DNA of 53,417 nucleotides, the filler included, from Squatina squatina (taxonomy: Eukaryota): NCBI GenBank assembly GCA_031763465.1. It is 3 parts of 3 records of this genome, joined end to end, with 100 filler letters (N's around TTAATTAATTAA, not from the genome) between each part and the next. Parts side by side here need not be neighbours in the genome. Positions count along the whole stretch, not along the records: positions 1 to 16,387 come from JARFOE010000235.1; 2 more parts are not named here. One strand, given 5' to 3'. A program made the translations under genes and the position numbers. Every line of letters begins with the position of its first letter. Within the stretch, counting starts at the first letter, position 1. Below are positions 1 to 12,788 of this stretch, piece by piece. The notes beneath the pieces are model-generated. The model was not told where the DNA came from and did not search any database. It saw only the letters and a program-made list of their open reading frames with translations.

Positions 1-349
1 GTCCCTTAAAGTCTAGTATGTAAATATGGTCTGCAGATATTGGTGTGACCTGTACAAGTGATCTTGTGCCAACAAAACAAGACCTATACATAAATTTCAG
101 TAAGTAGTTGCAATGTAGGTAACCATTGTACTTCCACCTTGAGTGTCAGAGTTTGAACCTCTCCCTTAACAAGCACTTGAATTCTGCTGCTCACTGTTAT
201 AAGTTTGTGGTCAGATCTTGTTGCAATACTAGGAAGGCAAGATTAGGCCCACTTGCAAAAGAGGTCCTGTTAGCAGCATAATCATGGAGTTTCAGGACAT
301 TGTATGTCTCTCCCATAGGAATAATAAATTTGGGATTTGGGACACAAGT

Positions 350-528
350 GGAAATGGAAAGGTTAGAGTTGGAATGGGAGGCAAAGTTAGATAATGAGCC
401 ACGTGTAGGTCGGGTTATTCTTGCAGACGGAATGGAGATATTCAACAAAACAGTCACCCATTCTGCATTTGGTGTCCCCAGTATAGAAGTGTTTGTGAAT
501 ATAGGTACACTAGGTTAGATGCAGTACA
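350..528 (-). mobile_element. Decayed Penelope-like retroelement fragment (GIY-YIG endonuclease region)
   Basis: Minus-strand translation across frameshifts gives CTASNLVY / YTGDTKCRMGDCFVEYLHSVCKNNP / DLHVAHY / NFASHSNSNLSI. This matches the Penelope GIY-YIG pattern CxSxNxVY..YIGETKRRLxxRFxEHL..VAxHFN..H. Confidence 0.7.
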
Positions 529-1145
529 TATAACTTGCTGTCTCACATCTAGGAAGTTCAATCTTGCAACCTGATTAATATTCTGTTTGAATTGTACCGC
601 CATTGCATGCTAGCATTCTTGTTGTGATAAGATGTTCATTTTTCAAGATAATTGGTTTCATTGTAAATGCACTGCGGGTTACTGATCCTGAGCAGGACGT
701 TAATAGTTTTTTGAGTATAGATCTTGGGACTAAGCAGCACCATATCACACAGTGTGAGATGAATCCTTCTAGGAAAAAATGCATACAGCACTAAACACTG
801 GGAATAAAGGTCCAAATTCAGTTTATCATTTGCAGTCATTGCTGCACCAAGCAGCTCATTTTTAGCTGCAGATATAACATCTGGCTGAATCCAGTTGTCC
901 AGCTTGACTTTGTGGGTATCGTCACATGAAGTAAGACTAAGTAATCTTTGTTGCACAATGGGAGTTAAAGTATGTCCTCCGATAAGAACATTTCTTTTGG
1001 CCACCTCCATCATGCCGACAGTAACTGAAGCACGAGACTGATTGCAGTCTTATTTGGGACAATATGGATGGGTTTATTTCTTGGCATTGCCAGTTTGTTT
1101 TTGAGAAATCTTGAACTATCTCCATATGAGGTCCAAAGAGAGATG

Positions 1146-1217
1146 TCTCTAGTTAATCCCAAAACCTGTCTCGAGTTAATCCTAAAACTTTTCTCTAGTT
1201 AATCTCAAAATTTATCT
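1146..1217. repeat. Short tandem repeat, three ~23-bp units, ending at a gap
   Basis: tctctagttaatcccaaaacctg / tctcgagttaatcctaaaacttt / tctctagttaatctcaaaattta. Confidence 0.7.
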
Positions 1218-1318
1218 ANNNNNNNNNNNNNNNNNNNNNNNNNNNNNNNNNNNNNNNNNNNNNNNNNNNNNNNNNNNNNNNNNNNNNNNNNNNNNNNNNN
1301 NNNNNNNNNNNNNNNNNN

Positions 1319-1596
1319 CCCTGGTTAGTGATCTCTCTGCTAAGGGAAATAGGACCTGCCGATCCACTCTATCTCGGCCCCTCGTAGTTTTATACACCTC
1401 AATTAGGTCTCCCCTCAGCCTCCTCTGTTCCACAGAGAACAACTCCAGTCTATCCTATCTTTCCTCATAGCTAAAATTCTCCAGTCCTGGCAACATCCTC
1501 GTAAATCTCCTCTGTACCCTCTCTGGTGTAATCACATCTTTCCTGTAATGCGGTGACCTGAACTGTACGCAGCACTCTAGCTGTGGCCGAATAGTG
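1319..1596 (-). mobile_element. CR1-clade LINE, C-terminal ORF2 fragment
   Basis: Translation FSVEQRRLRGDLIEVYKTTRGRDRVDRQVLFPL is the typical CR1 motif FSLExRRLRGDLIEVYK. Confidence 0.9.
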
Positions 1597-1625
1597 TATA
1601 TTCTAAATTAAAAAAACAGAAAAAT

Positions 1626-3383
1626 TTGGAGCAGGAGTTGGACAATGTCTCTGTTGGCTTACAGACAGAACCAAGACCTAACCAAGGACTGCCAGTTATC
1701 CAGAGTCCACCTCCTTCCCCTGCACACCGTGAGCCCACCTACCGATCAAGCTCGCCTCTCAACTCCCACCAAGTTTTTGACTACAGACCAAACCCTTCAA
1801 TCTCCTCCCCGACTCGGCAGGGGTACCAATCTACGTCGCCTTCACTTTCTCCTACTCACCAGAATTCTAATTATCGGCCTAGTCCTCCGCCTACCTCCCC
1901 TGCTCATCAGGGGTCTTCGTATCGCTTTAGCCCACCCACAGTGGGTGGACAAAGCAAAGAATATCAGTCAAGTCCCCCTCCTTCACCATTGCGTAGAGCC
2001 CCACAATACAGAGCCAGTCCTCCTGCAGATAGTATGAGTGTATATAGGCCTCAGTCTGGCTCCCCAGTTCGGTATCAACAAGAACCCACCATAGGTCAGC
2101 TTCCCGGTAGACCAAAGTCTCCTTTATCCAAAATGGCACAAAGACCCTATCAATTATCTCAGCCTCCATCAGGTCTACCCCAACAAGGGCTTAGATTACA
2201 ACCAGCCAAGGCCCAAATTGTACGCACTAACCAACCCAGTTCTGCAGTGCATTCTAGTGCTGTTATACTTGGTGGTGCCTACAACCAGGGGCCCCACTCC
2301 ATGAGCACCAAGCATCAATCGTCTTCAGTTGATATGGCTCCTACTCAAAGCCGCCTGGTTTACCAGCCTGTAATGGGCGGAGTGGTGGCAGACAGCANNN
2401 NNNNNNNNNNNNNNNNNNNNNNNNNNNNNNNNNNNNNNNNNNNNNNNNNNNNNNNNNNNNNNNNNNNNNNNNNNNNNNNNNNNNNNNNNNNNNNNNNNNN
2501 NNNNNNNNNNNNNNNNNNNNNNNNNNNNNNNNNNNNNNNNNNNNNNNNNNNNNNNNNNNAGTCTGCTTCGTATTATCCTGTTTCCCACTCCAAGCACGAA
2601 TTAGATAGGTCCTCTGTACCATCAAGCCAGACTGCATCTCCAGATGTATCTCACATGATCAGGAGGGCGCTCACCGTGAATGCTCCAGAAATTAAACCTC
2701 ACCCACCAACCCCTCGACCACTGCTCCATTCTCAAAGCACTGGCCTTCGATTTTCCCCCTCTAACAATAGCCTTTCTTCAAGCTCCAATGTTGTGTCTTC
2801 ATTCCGACCTTCTGCTTCCATCCAGCAGATGGAGATTCCACTCAAGCCCTCTTATGAAAGCCGATCCTGTGAAGAACAGTCCCCCATCTCTCCAACACAA
2901 GGCTACCCCGGAGATTCTGGTCGCTCCAGGACCACGCCTTTCATGGGGATCATAGATAAAACAGCACGGACACAGCAATACACTCACATGCACCAGCAGA
3001 GCCGGACGTGGGCTGTGTCCTCTGTCGACACTGTCATCACCAGCCCCACTTCCTCTGGGGGGATGTCCCCCCAGTCTGGCTCATATAGTCCACCCCCAGT
3101 CAGTAATATTGCTTTCTTCAATAAGACTAACAATGCCNNNNNNNNCCACCTGATAGAGGATGACATGTGCATCTCCCATGGGAAGCTGACCAATGGATCC
3201 CGGGCAGAGATGTTGGAGAGGGTTAGTCAGGCTCCCTCGTACCCAGATGTGAAGGTGGCTAGAACATTGCCTGTTGCACAGGCATACCAGGACAGCATAT
3301 ATCGGCAGCTTTCCAGAGACTCACGACAAGGGCCAAAGTCACCTTTAAAACCAAAGAGACCGTTCGTAGAGTCAAATGTATAA
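1626..3383 (+). CDS. TANC2: TANC2, 5'-partial terminal coding exon (Pro/Ser-rich C-terminus)
   Basis: Colinear with vertebrate TANC2 as recalled: [64 protein letters not shown] and the C-terminal [13 protein letters not shown]-binding motif. The TTG at 1626 is not a true start. Two internal gaps keep the frame. Confidence 0.95.
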   Translation: MEQELDNVSVGLQTEPRPNQGLPVIQSPPPSPAHREPTYRSSSPLNSHQVFDYRPNPSISSPTRQGYQSTSPSLSPTHQNSNYRPSPPPTSPAHQGSSYRFSPPTVGGQSKEYQSSPPPSPLRRAPQYRASPPADSMSVYRPQSGSPVRYQQEPTIGQLPGRPKSPLSKMAQRPYQLSQPPSGLPQQGLRLQPAKAQIVRTNQPSSAVHSSAVILGGAYNQGPHSMSTKHQSSSVDMAPTQSRLVYQPVMGGVVADSXXXXXXXXXXXXXXXXXXXXXXXXXXXXXXXXXXXXXXXXXXXXXXXXXXXXXXXSASYYPVSHSKHELDRSSVPSSQTASPDVSHMIRRALTVNAPEIKPHPPTPRPLLHSQSTGLRFSPSNNSLSSSSNVVSSFRPSASIQQMEIPLKPSYESRSCEEQSPISPTQGYPGDSGRSRTTPFMGIIDKTARTQQYTHMHQQSRTWAVSSVDTVITSPTSSGGMSPQSGSYSPPPVSNIAFFNKTNNAXXXHLIEDDMCISHGKLTNGSRAEMLERVSQAPSYPDVKVARTLPVAQAYQDSIYRQLSRDSRQGPKSPLKPKRPFVESNV

Positions 3384-6300
3384 AGGGAATCCTCTAGATT
3401 CTAAATCCCATGTTGTGAGCAGGTTTGCAATTAAACTTCTTGCACATGTAGCCACACAGTGCACTGTACAATGAAGCTGCTTCCACTTACGTATGAAATA
3501 AGCCAGAAAAAAACAGTAGTGGGTTCAGTTCTATTCCGTTGCTTAATTATGAGTAGTTTCTAACTTTTCTAACTATTGTACAGAAGTTTAAATGTCAGGG
3601 GGGGAAAAAAAAGGTGAAATGAATATTAAAGTGTGAATGTTTAAGTGACGGATGTTAGACTAATGCGTTATCAGGTCAGTTCACATTTTTACTTTACATA
3701 GGTAGATTAAAAAGTACTTATGGGTAATTTTATTTAGGCTTTTTAAAGAAGTCTGACGCATAAGTTACAATGAGGTGCAGATAATGACATTTATTTTCAA
3801 AAACACTGCTGTGATTTGTACAGCTTGTAATCCGTTTACTATGATTTATATGTAATGGGTGCATTACACAGAACTGTCGGTACGTTTCCAAAACCTCAGA
3901 CACCAATCTGCATTTAATCTCGAGATCAGTTCTCTGCACTAGCATGGGATCAGGANNNNNNNNNNNNNNNNNNNNNNNNNNNNNNNNNNNNNNNNNNNNN
4001 NNNNNNNNNNNNNNNNNNNNNNNNNNNNNNNNNNNNNNNNNNNNNNNNNNNNNNNNNNNNNNNNNNNNNNNNNNNNNNNNNNNNNNNNNNNNNNNNNNNN
4101 NNNNNNNNNNNNNNNNNNNNNNNNNNNNNNNNNNNNNNNNNNNNNNNNNNNNNNNNNNNNNNNNNNNNNNNNNNNNNNNNNNNNNNNNNNNNNNNNNNNN
4201 NNNNNNNNNNNNNNNNNNNNNNNNNNNNNNNNNNNNNNNNNNNNNNNNNNNNNNNNNNNNNNNNNNNNNNNNNNNNNNNNNNNNNNNNNNNNNNNNNNNN
4301 NNNNNNNNNNNNNNNNNNNNNNNNNNNNNNNNNNNNNNNNNNNNNNNNNNNNNNNNNNNNNNNNNNNNNNNNNNNNNNNNNNNNNNNNNNNNNNNNNNNN
4401 NTCCCATCTCACTTGAAAAGAAAACCAGTCATTCTTATCAAAATTTGTTTGCTGTTTTAGTGTTAGCACTGGAACACTTTCAGAATTCACACACAATTTC
4501 TGTCCTACAGCAACTGCAAACATAGTTTCCTTAAAATTTTCAATACTTCTAGTTGCAAAAAAGATTTTGAGAAATGTTCAGTAGCTTGGGGCAGTTCTTG
4601 TTCCCAATATCCTGGAATAAAAGAAATGGAATGTTGTTAATATTTCTGATGGGACTGAAATGTGCTGTCCTCAAGGGAATAATGAGAAAACACACAAATG
4701 CCTGTTAACAGGACTATTATGTTTGTTACCCATGTTATTTAAAATTTTTATTAAATAATCAGATTTGATGGCACTGACCAAAAAGCTTGCCCATTCACGT
4801 TCTAATCCTTCTTTTCCTGCACTGTCTTAGTTTCAACGATGTCACTTTCCTTGTACGATTTAGGATCCAATCCTAGAAATTCCACTTGCACTATCTGATT
4901 AAGACAGAATGAACACCCCAAGCAGAACTAGTCCTGTCTTGGTCCATTGTTCTTCCAATCTAAAAAGATCATAAGTTCAATAGTGTATAAGTCTTAAATC
5001 CGGACTTATGGAACACATTGTACGTGTACTTGAATTAAGTTGAGCTGCTGGACCCTGAATTTGTTCCCAACCTTATTCTGTATAATTTTGTTTTCAATTA
5101 ACTCCTCCCACCCCCCACCGTCTCTTATTTTTATCTCCTTCATTCTAAGCAGAGAATGGGTTGTAGGCACACTGATTTGAAAACTAAGCCAGTTGCTACA
5201 GAATGAACTGGAATAAAATTCATATCTTGGCTAACTTGCTTCTCTGTGATCTTGCCTGTCGGAGGCATTTGTCTTCTGTTTGGCACCACCTCCTCTCCAC
5301 CTAACCAACACCAGAAACTCACTTCGTCAATACTCTTCCATGGTGCATCATCTTCTCTCCATTTATTACCAATGCCAGTTATTTTTAAAACACTCATCTT
5401 TTCATTCACGCCTCACGTTCACTATACTCTCCCTTTCCTTCATTTCTGAATTTCCTTTTCCGAGTGTATGAATTGGTACATTGCCAGACTTCATTTGCGA
5501 GACAGTTTTGCTTTTGCCCTTGTCTCTACTTCACTGCCATGTATTTCTACTAATATTTGGAAATGTCCCCCAAATGCACTTCAGAAAAACAGTTATATGA
5601 AGTCATCTTAGCATTAAAATACACAAGGATAGGCAAAAAAACACACTTAATCTCAATGCGCAGTTTGTTAATTACACCAACACATTATTTCACAAAATAC
5701 TTGTACTGAAAGTTTGCCATCTGTATTTCCTGTATATGAGTGCACTTTATCATTAACCTTTATATACTGGATAGATAATCGTGACTAGTGTTCTCATTAG
5801 GAGATAAACAGTGATCCTTGATGTATTTCACAGAAAAAAAGCAAAATACTAAATTTGTAGCACAAAACAGGTTTGCTGTAAATAAATGCCACACTGTTGG
5901 GCACTAATCCAGCATCCCTCAAACTCTCTTCCTTGGAAACTCCAACAGCGCACAACTTAACTCTCACCTTCACAGTGTATATATTATGCATAAAATAGAA
6001 ATGGTACATGTTACCTGAAAATGCATACAAAATTCAGTCTTTTGCCATGTGCCTATAATATTTTTGTAGTACAGAATTCAAGTGTAGAAACCCACCATTA
6101 CATTGATGAGAGAGGGCATGTAATGTATGCTGATTACACACTGTTGTTTATAAATCTAGATTAGAACAGCACAACTAACATTGAGGATGAGTATTTGGAT
6201 TTGCTGCCTGCAAATTTTATTGGTCTGGACTCTAGGCAAAAGAAACTTGATTTGCAAGAGTTATTGAGTAGAGGGGAGAAAAGGAGAGCTTCCCAAAACT

Positions 6301-8670
6301 GCCAGGGAGATTGATGTTACAGATGGGTAGTCTCCATGGAGCATGGCATAAATTGACTTAAGCAGATGCACATGAAGTGTAGAAGTAGTTACCAACTGTC
6401 AGCACCACAGGCCGGAGAACTATCTGCAATATTACCATTGTGGCAATGCAGAAGAAACAAATTGGAAAAATGCCAGTACCATTTTTCTTAACTCTGACCC
6501 GATCTAAATACACAATAAGGGCCACAGTTTGGGTTATATTCTCAGTAAATCCTAATCATGCCTATTCAGCTTGATTCGGATTTCAAAACATCTTTGGAGC
6601 CCATTATTAATAAAAAGATGGACCAACTGACCAACAGACTAACTGAAAATTTAATTTAGAGTTAAGTTGTGTTGGCTGAATGTTTCCTCTAGCCTGCGTG
6701 CTTTTAACATCACAGGAGCACGCTAATACATCAGTGTCACTGCAACTCTATATTCTTGTTGCCCATATCTCTAGCTAGCTCTACATAGACCAGTTAAGAC
6801 GTAGCATAATTCTTGTTATTGAAGTGAAGATTTACATGCACCTTGGTGAGACCTGCAGTTTGTGCCGAAGAGATAATTGTTACTTTTGTTGGTCCACCTA
6901 GGCTATGTTTCAATAATTATCCAAACTACATAGCTTACTACCAGTATAAACGATGCACTGCTACCACCAGCAGAGCCATGGGAATTACCCCTCAACCGGT
7001 AACTGAAGGAACATTTTATAACTAAAATGTGATCGAATTATACTTTCTGGCCTATTTACAGAATGCTGAATTATGGTTATATAATTTTATAATTTACTCA
7101 ACTTTAATTTATGATGCTTGGCATTAATGTTACTGACAGCTCCTGATTTAAAAGAAATACTCACCCTCAGCAACAATATCTTCACAATATAACGCACATT
7201 CTTCCAGATACTCCAGTGATGTTTTGAAGCACCCTCTTTCACTGAAACAAATTGTGAGGCATTAATGTTTTAACTTCTTGGTTTCTATGGTGCAAGTACA
7301 CTTGAATTAAATTCCATATATATACTTCACATTTATTGGCTTTTAAAGAATGTTAATGGGAGTGTAGTAACCCTTACCTTAGCATATGGATAAGTGACAG
7401 TTGTAAAGTCAAGTCTATATAGACCAACAAAAGGTGTCTTAAAATATGTCAATGAATCACCATGGAGAAACTGGTTAAACCTTGTAATATGCAGCATTGG
7501 AGAGCTACTTGAAACATTCAGGAATTTACTGTTTTAAAAAGTGCCATGATTTGAAAATGTAATTTANNNNNNNNNNNNNNNNNNNNNNNNNNNNNNNNNN
7601 NNNNNNNNNNNNNNNNNNNNNNNNNNNNNNNNNNNNNNNNNNNNNNNNNNNNNNNNNNNNNNNNNNNNNNNNNNNNNNNNNNNNNNNNNNNNNNNNNNNN
7701 NNNNNNNNNNNNNNNNNNNNNNNNNNNNNNNNNNNNNNNNNNNNNNNNNNNNNNNNNNNNNNNNNNNNNNNNNNNNNNNNNNNNNNNNNNNNNNNNNNNN
7801 NNNNNNNNNNNNNNNNNNNNNNNNNNNNNNNNNNNNNNNNNNNNNNNNNNNNNNNNNNNNNNNNNNNNNNNNNNNNNNNNNNNNNNNNNNNNNNNNNNNN
7901 NNNNNNNNNNNNNNNNNNNNNNNNNNNNNNNNNNNNNNNNNNNNNNNNNNNNNNNNNNNNNNNNNNNNNNNNNNNNNNNNNNNNNNNNNNNNNNNNNNNN
8001 NNNNNNNNNNNNNNNNNNNNNNNNNNNNNNNNNNNNNNNNNNNNNNNNNNNNNNNNNNNNNNNNNNNNNNNNNNNNNNNNNNNNNNNNNNNNNNNNNNNN
8101 NNNNNNNNNNNNNNNNNNNNNNNNNNNNNNNNNNNNNNNNNNNNNNNNNNNNNNNNNNNNNNNNNNNNNNNNNNNNNNNNNNNNNNNNNNNNNNNNNNNN
8201 NNNNNNNNNNNNNNNNNNNNNNNNNNNNNNNNNNNNNNNNNNNNNNNNNNNNNNNNNNNNNNNNNNNNNNNNNNNNNNNNNNNNNNNNNNNNNNNNNNNN
8301 NNNNNNNNNNNNNNNNNNNNNNNNNNNNNNNNNNNNNNNNNNNNNNNNNNNNNNNNNNNNNNNNNNNNNNNNNNNNNNNNNNNNNNNNNNNNNNNNNNNN
8401 NNNNNNNNNNNNNNNNNNNNNNNNNNNNNNNNNNNNNNNNNNNNCATATTTTGGATGGAGATTTCTCTTTGCTGTATTGCTTGCTGAGCAGAGTAATATT
8501 GTCTGTACATGTGGGCTGTGCGTTAGTGCAAAAACAAAACAAAAAATTAAACGAATGCTTCTGTTTTTATTTTTCATTTACAGATTGTGATCTGTACAAT
8601 TTACTGTATGAAAATACTGTACCTATTTATAAATGGTTAACACTTCAAATTAAATGAAACACAACTGCCT
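3384..8670 (+). other. TANC2: Probable long TANC2 3'UTR with candidate poly(A) signal ATTAAA at 8649-8654
   Basis: About 5.3 kb of AT-rich sequence follows the stop with no repeat I could recognise. TGTA-rich elements cluster just before the ATTAAA. The end point is inferred. Confidence 0.55.
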
Positions 8671-9311
8671 AACTTTCATTACTGGTTATTTTTGAAATTC
8701 GTATAAAGAGGTATAAATTGTAATCGAGTTAGACATGAAACAAGTGTTGCACCACAGAACAAATTCTACACAATGTGCAAGATAGATGTAAACAAAAGAA
8801 CAGGCTCATTTTCCACAGGGGCAATCTCCTTCTAAGGATTCTTTGTACTCTGAAGTGATCTTCATGTAATCTTGTCTCAAATCCAAGTGTTGCTCAGACC
8901 AGACCCCAGTGGTTTTTCTCTCATAAGCAGCAGGGTTTTGCATCACGTAACCAGTAGGCATAGTTCTGGAAACATTTCTTGTGCATTAGAATTGTCTGAT
9001 TCTGACTTGTGAAGTTCTGACATTGGCATCTGAACACGGTTGAAGTTTTGCTATCACTGCAGTCATCTTATTTTTGTTCAAGCATTTCAGTATGGCTTGC
9101 AGTAGGCTTCAAATATTGCCTTGAGCCTTTTCCCTGAGACGAGATGTTGCATACACCTCTATTTATTGAAGGCCACTCTTTGGGAATAGGTCTTCTACCC
9201 AAATCTAAAAAGCTCTCACTCTCCAGGATAGATGATGATTCGTTTAGCATAGGAGGACTATTGGCCATCCATTTCAAGAGCATTGATCAAGGCAGGTTCT
9301 GTATAATATAG

Positions 9312-10182
9312 TCTTCTCCTTAGGCATCCTCGGGTTCGAGGATGACTTGCTTCCACTCAGGAGTTGTGGGTTCTGAAGTGGCTGAAAAGTCCAATGCGGG
9401 ATCTGCAAACTCAACCACAGGTGGGGCAGGTGGTATTTGGTGGGGCGAGAGGATGGGCTGCTCATGTTTCCGTGCGCTCCTTCCGCTGCCTGCGCTTGCC
9501 CTCCACGTGCTCCTGCCGGAGAAACTCGAAGCGGTTGGTACCTTCACGGATGCTTCTCCATTGCGGGTATTCTTGGGCCATTGATTCCAATGAGTCAGTA
9601 GGGATGTTGCATTTTTTTCAATGAGGCTTTGAGGATGCCCTTGTAGTGTTTCCTCTGCCTTCCTCGGAGGCGTTTGCCATGATGGAGCTCGGAATATAGC
9701 ACTTGTTTCGGGAGTCTTGAATCAGACATGACGTGGATGACGTGACCCACCCATCGCAGTTGGTGGAGCCTGACCAGTGCCTCGATGCTGGGGATGTTGG
9801 CCTGAGAGAGGATGCTGACGTTGATGCATTTATCCTGCCAGTTGATTGGCAGGATTTTGCAGAGGCAGCGTTGATGGTATTTCTTCAGCGCTTTGAGGTG
9901 CCTGTTGTACAGTGACCATGTCTCCGATGCATACAGGAGGGCGGGTATCACTGCTGCCCTGTAGACCATGAGTTTGGTGCCGGATTTGAGGTCTTGGTCT
10001 TCAAATACTCTCTTCCTCAGGGGACCGAAGGCTGTGCTGGCACTGGAGGCAGTGTTGGATTTCGTCATCTATGTCTGCCCTTGATGAGAGGAGGCTCCCA
10101 AGGTATGGGAAGTGTTCCACGTTGTCCAGGGGCTTGCCGTGGATCTTGATATTTGGGGGCTGGTGGTATGTGGCTGGGGCAG
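9312..10182 (-). mobile_element. RTE-clade LINE, 3' part of ORF2 through the 3' end, decayed
   Basis: AFGPLRKRVF..TKLMVYRAAVIPALLYASETW..QLRWVGHV..SRLPKQVLYSEL..GRQRK, then a C-terminal zinc finger TTCPTCG*VCRSRIGLFSHFRTH containing an internal stop. Confidence 0.92.
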
Positions 10183-11185
10183 NNNNNNNNNNNNNNNNNN
10201 NNNNNNNNNNNNNNNNNNNNNNNNNNNNNNNNNNNNNNNNNNNNNNNNNNNNNNNNNNNNNNNNNNNNNNNNNNNNNNNNNNCCTTCAGATTGGTACTAA
10301 TTCAATAAGCATTTCTGTTTGGAGTGATGTTCCCAGTGCAGCGTAACAGAGCAAGTGCCCAACTGCGGACTAAGTGGCCAGGCTCACAATGGGAGAAGAC
10401 TGAGCTTATAAACACACACGCACACATGCATGGATGGTTTATTGATTAAAGCCACATTAAAATGCTATTTCTACATCAGTGTCGTACTGAGATACTGCAA
10501 TTATCATAACCACAATACCCATGAGTAACAAGCCATCAAAGGTTTGCTCATGAATACAATAGCAATGAACTTACTGTCAGCCTTCCACTGCAACTCATAG
10601 ACTGGTTTCAGTGTTCGACATCATTGTTTAAAGTTATGCAGCCATATTCCTTATAGGAGCTACAGGGTGCCCAATAGATACTATATTAAGAGAAATGGTG
10701 CTTTGGAGGACTGATCTGTATAGGTACAGAATGAATGCAAGGTGCTTGGCTTGTGCATATGATTCTTTACACCATGATTTCCTGATCTCAGGTTAAGATG
10801 TCAGGAGGACACAATGAGTGAAGGCTCGACACTTGACTACAGAAAAAGAGGAAAAACTGGAGGTCAAGCCATTCCAGGGTGCTCTTGCACTACTCCCAAT
10901 GGCCGGTCACAGAGAGCCATTGGCAGAGGCCTAGGAGTAGATCACCTGCCTGCTCCCTGGTATGGTGTGATGTGTGGGATGCAAGGACAGAACGAGAGAG
11001 ACAAAAACAAAATAATTTTTAACGGATTAATGAAAGAAATGTGAACATGTTTGCAGTTGAATTGCATGCTGCTGTGATCCAGGCATTCTTATATAGGCAG
11101 TTTATATTATTTTCAGTAGGCACACAGGCAGCTTCAAATGTTTGCCGGCTTTTTGTCACTGCATTTACTTCACAACACTACTCTT

Positions 11186-11540
11186 TCAAGGATGTCCATG
11201 GAGTATTCTCTGTGGTGTGACATTAATACCCGGGCTGAACAAGGGATACAGTGTCTCTGTGAACGTAACTTTGAATGTGTACATGACGTTCATGTGGTCA
11301 GCATTGTAAAAGGAGACCTGCCCGCCTTCGTAGTCAAGGTAAACTCCAATTTTGCTGGGCTTTAACCCTGAAAAGATTACCACACGTGGCGCAGAGTTTG
11401 CCACGTAGTGAGTGTTTTTTTTCTCCATAGTCCATAAACCATCTTGAGGTGATAGCGAGATTGGTGTCTTGCGTTCCACAGACTCTTTGGTCACTCCTAA
11501 GATCCAGTCAGCCTTGCATCCCACAAAGACTTCCCAGTAG
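11186..11540 (-). CDS. TRIM terminal exon, B30.2/PRY-SPRY domain (5' part lost in gap)
   Basis: YWEVFVGCKADWILGVTKESVERK...KIGVYLDYEGGQVSFYNAD..YTF..TFTETLYPLFSP contains the hallmark WEV and LDYE motifs. Stop codon at 11186-11188. Confidence 0.92.
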
Positions 11541-12050
11541 NNNNNNNNNNNNNNNNNNNNNNNNNNNNNNNNNNNNNNNNNNNNNNNNNNNNNNNNNNNN
11601 NNNNNNNNNNNNNNNNNNNNNNNNNNNNNNNNNNNNNNNNTGAAATAAAATTGGGTGAGGGGATGTCAGTGCTGGAATGCTACTGCCACATGTCCCCTGG
11701 CTAAGGGCAGTTAACCCCCTTCCTATCCTCTCCAGTATTTTTGGAGCTGGATGCTTGAGGTGTATGAGACATGACTCATTGGTAAGTTCATCCCCCCACC
11801 ACCTCCCACTTCCCACGTGGAGATATACCCAACTTCCATTATGTCATTTCCCTGACACCGTGATTGAATTTGGGGCCAAGAGAGTCAAAAAAAAAATCAG
11901 AAGTGCACACCGATGTCCTGTTTTTCACAACAGATTCAAGCACCAACCAATTTAAAATTCAAGCAGAGCAATTGACTGTAGTGGGGCGGGGGTGTGTATG
12001 AATAAATGGATGGCTGCCAATTTGCATGACTAGGCTGTAAAATACTTAAC

Positions 12051-12284
12051 CATTAGGAATAGTATGGCATCTTCTTGAATAAGGTCCTCACTGACTGCTT
12101 GAATGGCGTCTGATAATGAAGTAGATTCGAAGGTCAGGTGCATAATGATTTCTTCCAGCACCGTGAAGCGCTGCCAGGCGTCATTGTGGAGCTCCTGCAT
12201 AATATTTTCCTCTTCCATTCTCAGGAACTCATGAAGACGCACAAAGACCCTCCCAATGCGCTGCTCTGTCATTGATACTTCATC
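12051..12284 (-). CDS. TRIM coiled-coil exon (234 bp, phase 0/0)
   Basis: Splice sites ttctag|GATGAA and CTAATG|gttaag. The peptide DEVSMTEQRIGRVFVRLHEFLRMEEE...EDAILFLM has the F-x2-LH-x-FL-x2-EE and terminal FL signature, and the size is typical of this TRIM exon. Confidence 0.85.
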
Positions 12285-12584
12285 CTAGAAAAAGTAACCA
12301 CAACACGTGGTGTTGAACTAGCAAGGTGAAGGAGGGGAGAGCAGGAGAGTGAGAGAAGGAAGGAGGCTAAGAGTGAGAGAGCAGGATTGAAGGAAAGAAG
12401 AGACACCGCAGCCCCTGGTATANNNNNNNNNNNNNNNNNNNNNNNNNNNNNNNNNNNNNNNNNNNNNNNNNNNNNNNNNNNNNNNNNNNNNNNNNNNNNN
12501 NNNNNNNNNNNNNNNNNNNNNNCTGAAATATTGGGCCCATGCTTTTATTATCCCAGATTCCCCTATTATAGCTCCTTATTATAG

Positions 12585-12752
12585 TCTCAGTGGTAACACT
12601 CTCGCCTCTGAGTCAGAAAGTTGTGCGTTCTACTCCCACTCCAGAGACTTGAGCACAAAATCCAGGCTGATACCCGAGTGCAGTACTGAGGAAGTGCTGC
12701 ACTGTAAATCCTGAGCTCATGAAAGGCGCTATATAAATGCAAGTCTTTCTTT
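12585..12752 (+). mobile_element. Internally deleted SacSINE1/DeuSINE-like tRNA-derived SINE
   Basis: A tRNA-like head (ctcagtggtaacactctcgcctctgagtcagaaagttgtgcgttc) is joined directly to the tail gaaaggcgctatataaatgcaagtctttctt. Homologous to the copies at 15357 and 48935. Confidence 0.75.
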
Positions 12753-12788
12753 CCTGTTGGCTCCTCCATTCTACCTTTCCCAAGTTAC

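Noticed and set aside
3730-8577. Long ORFs made mostly of X
   Set aside because: Artefacts of translating N runs.
8760-9310. Possible CYB561 or other minus-strand coding sequence after TANC2
   Set aside because: All frames are interrupted by stops, and no transmembrane or haem-binding His pattern is present.
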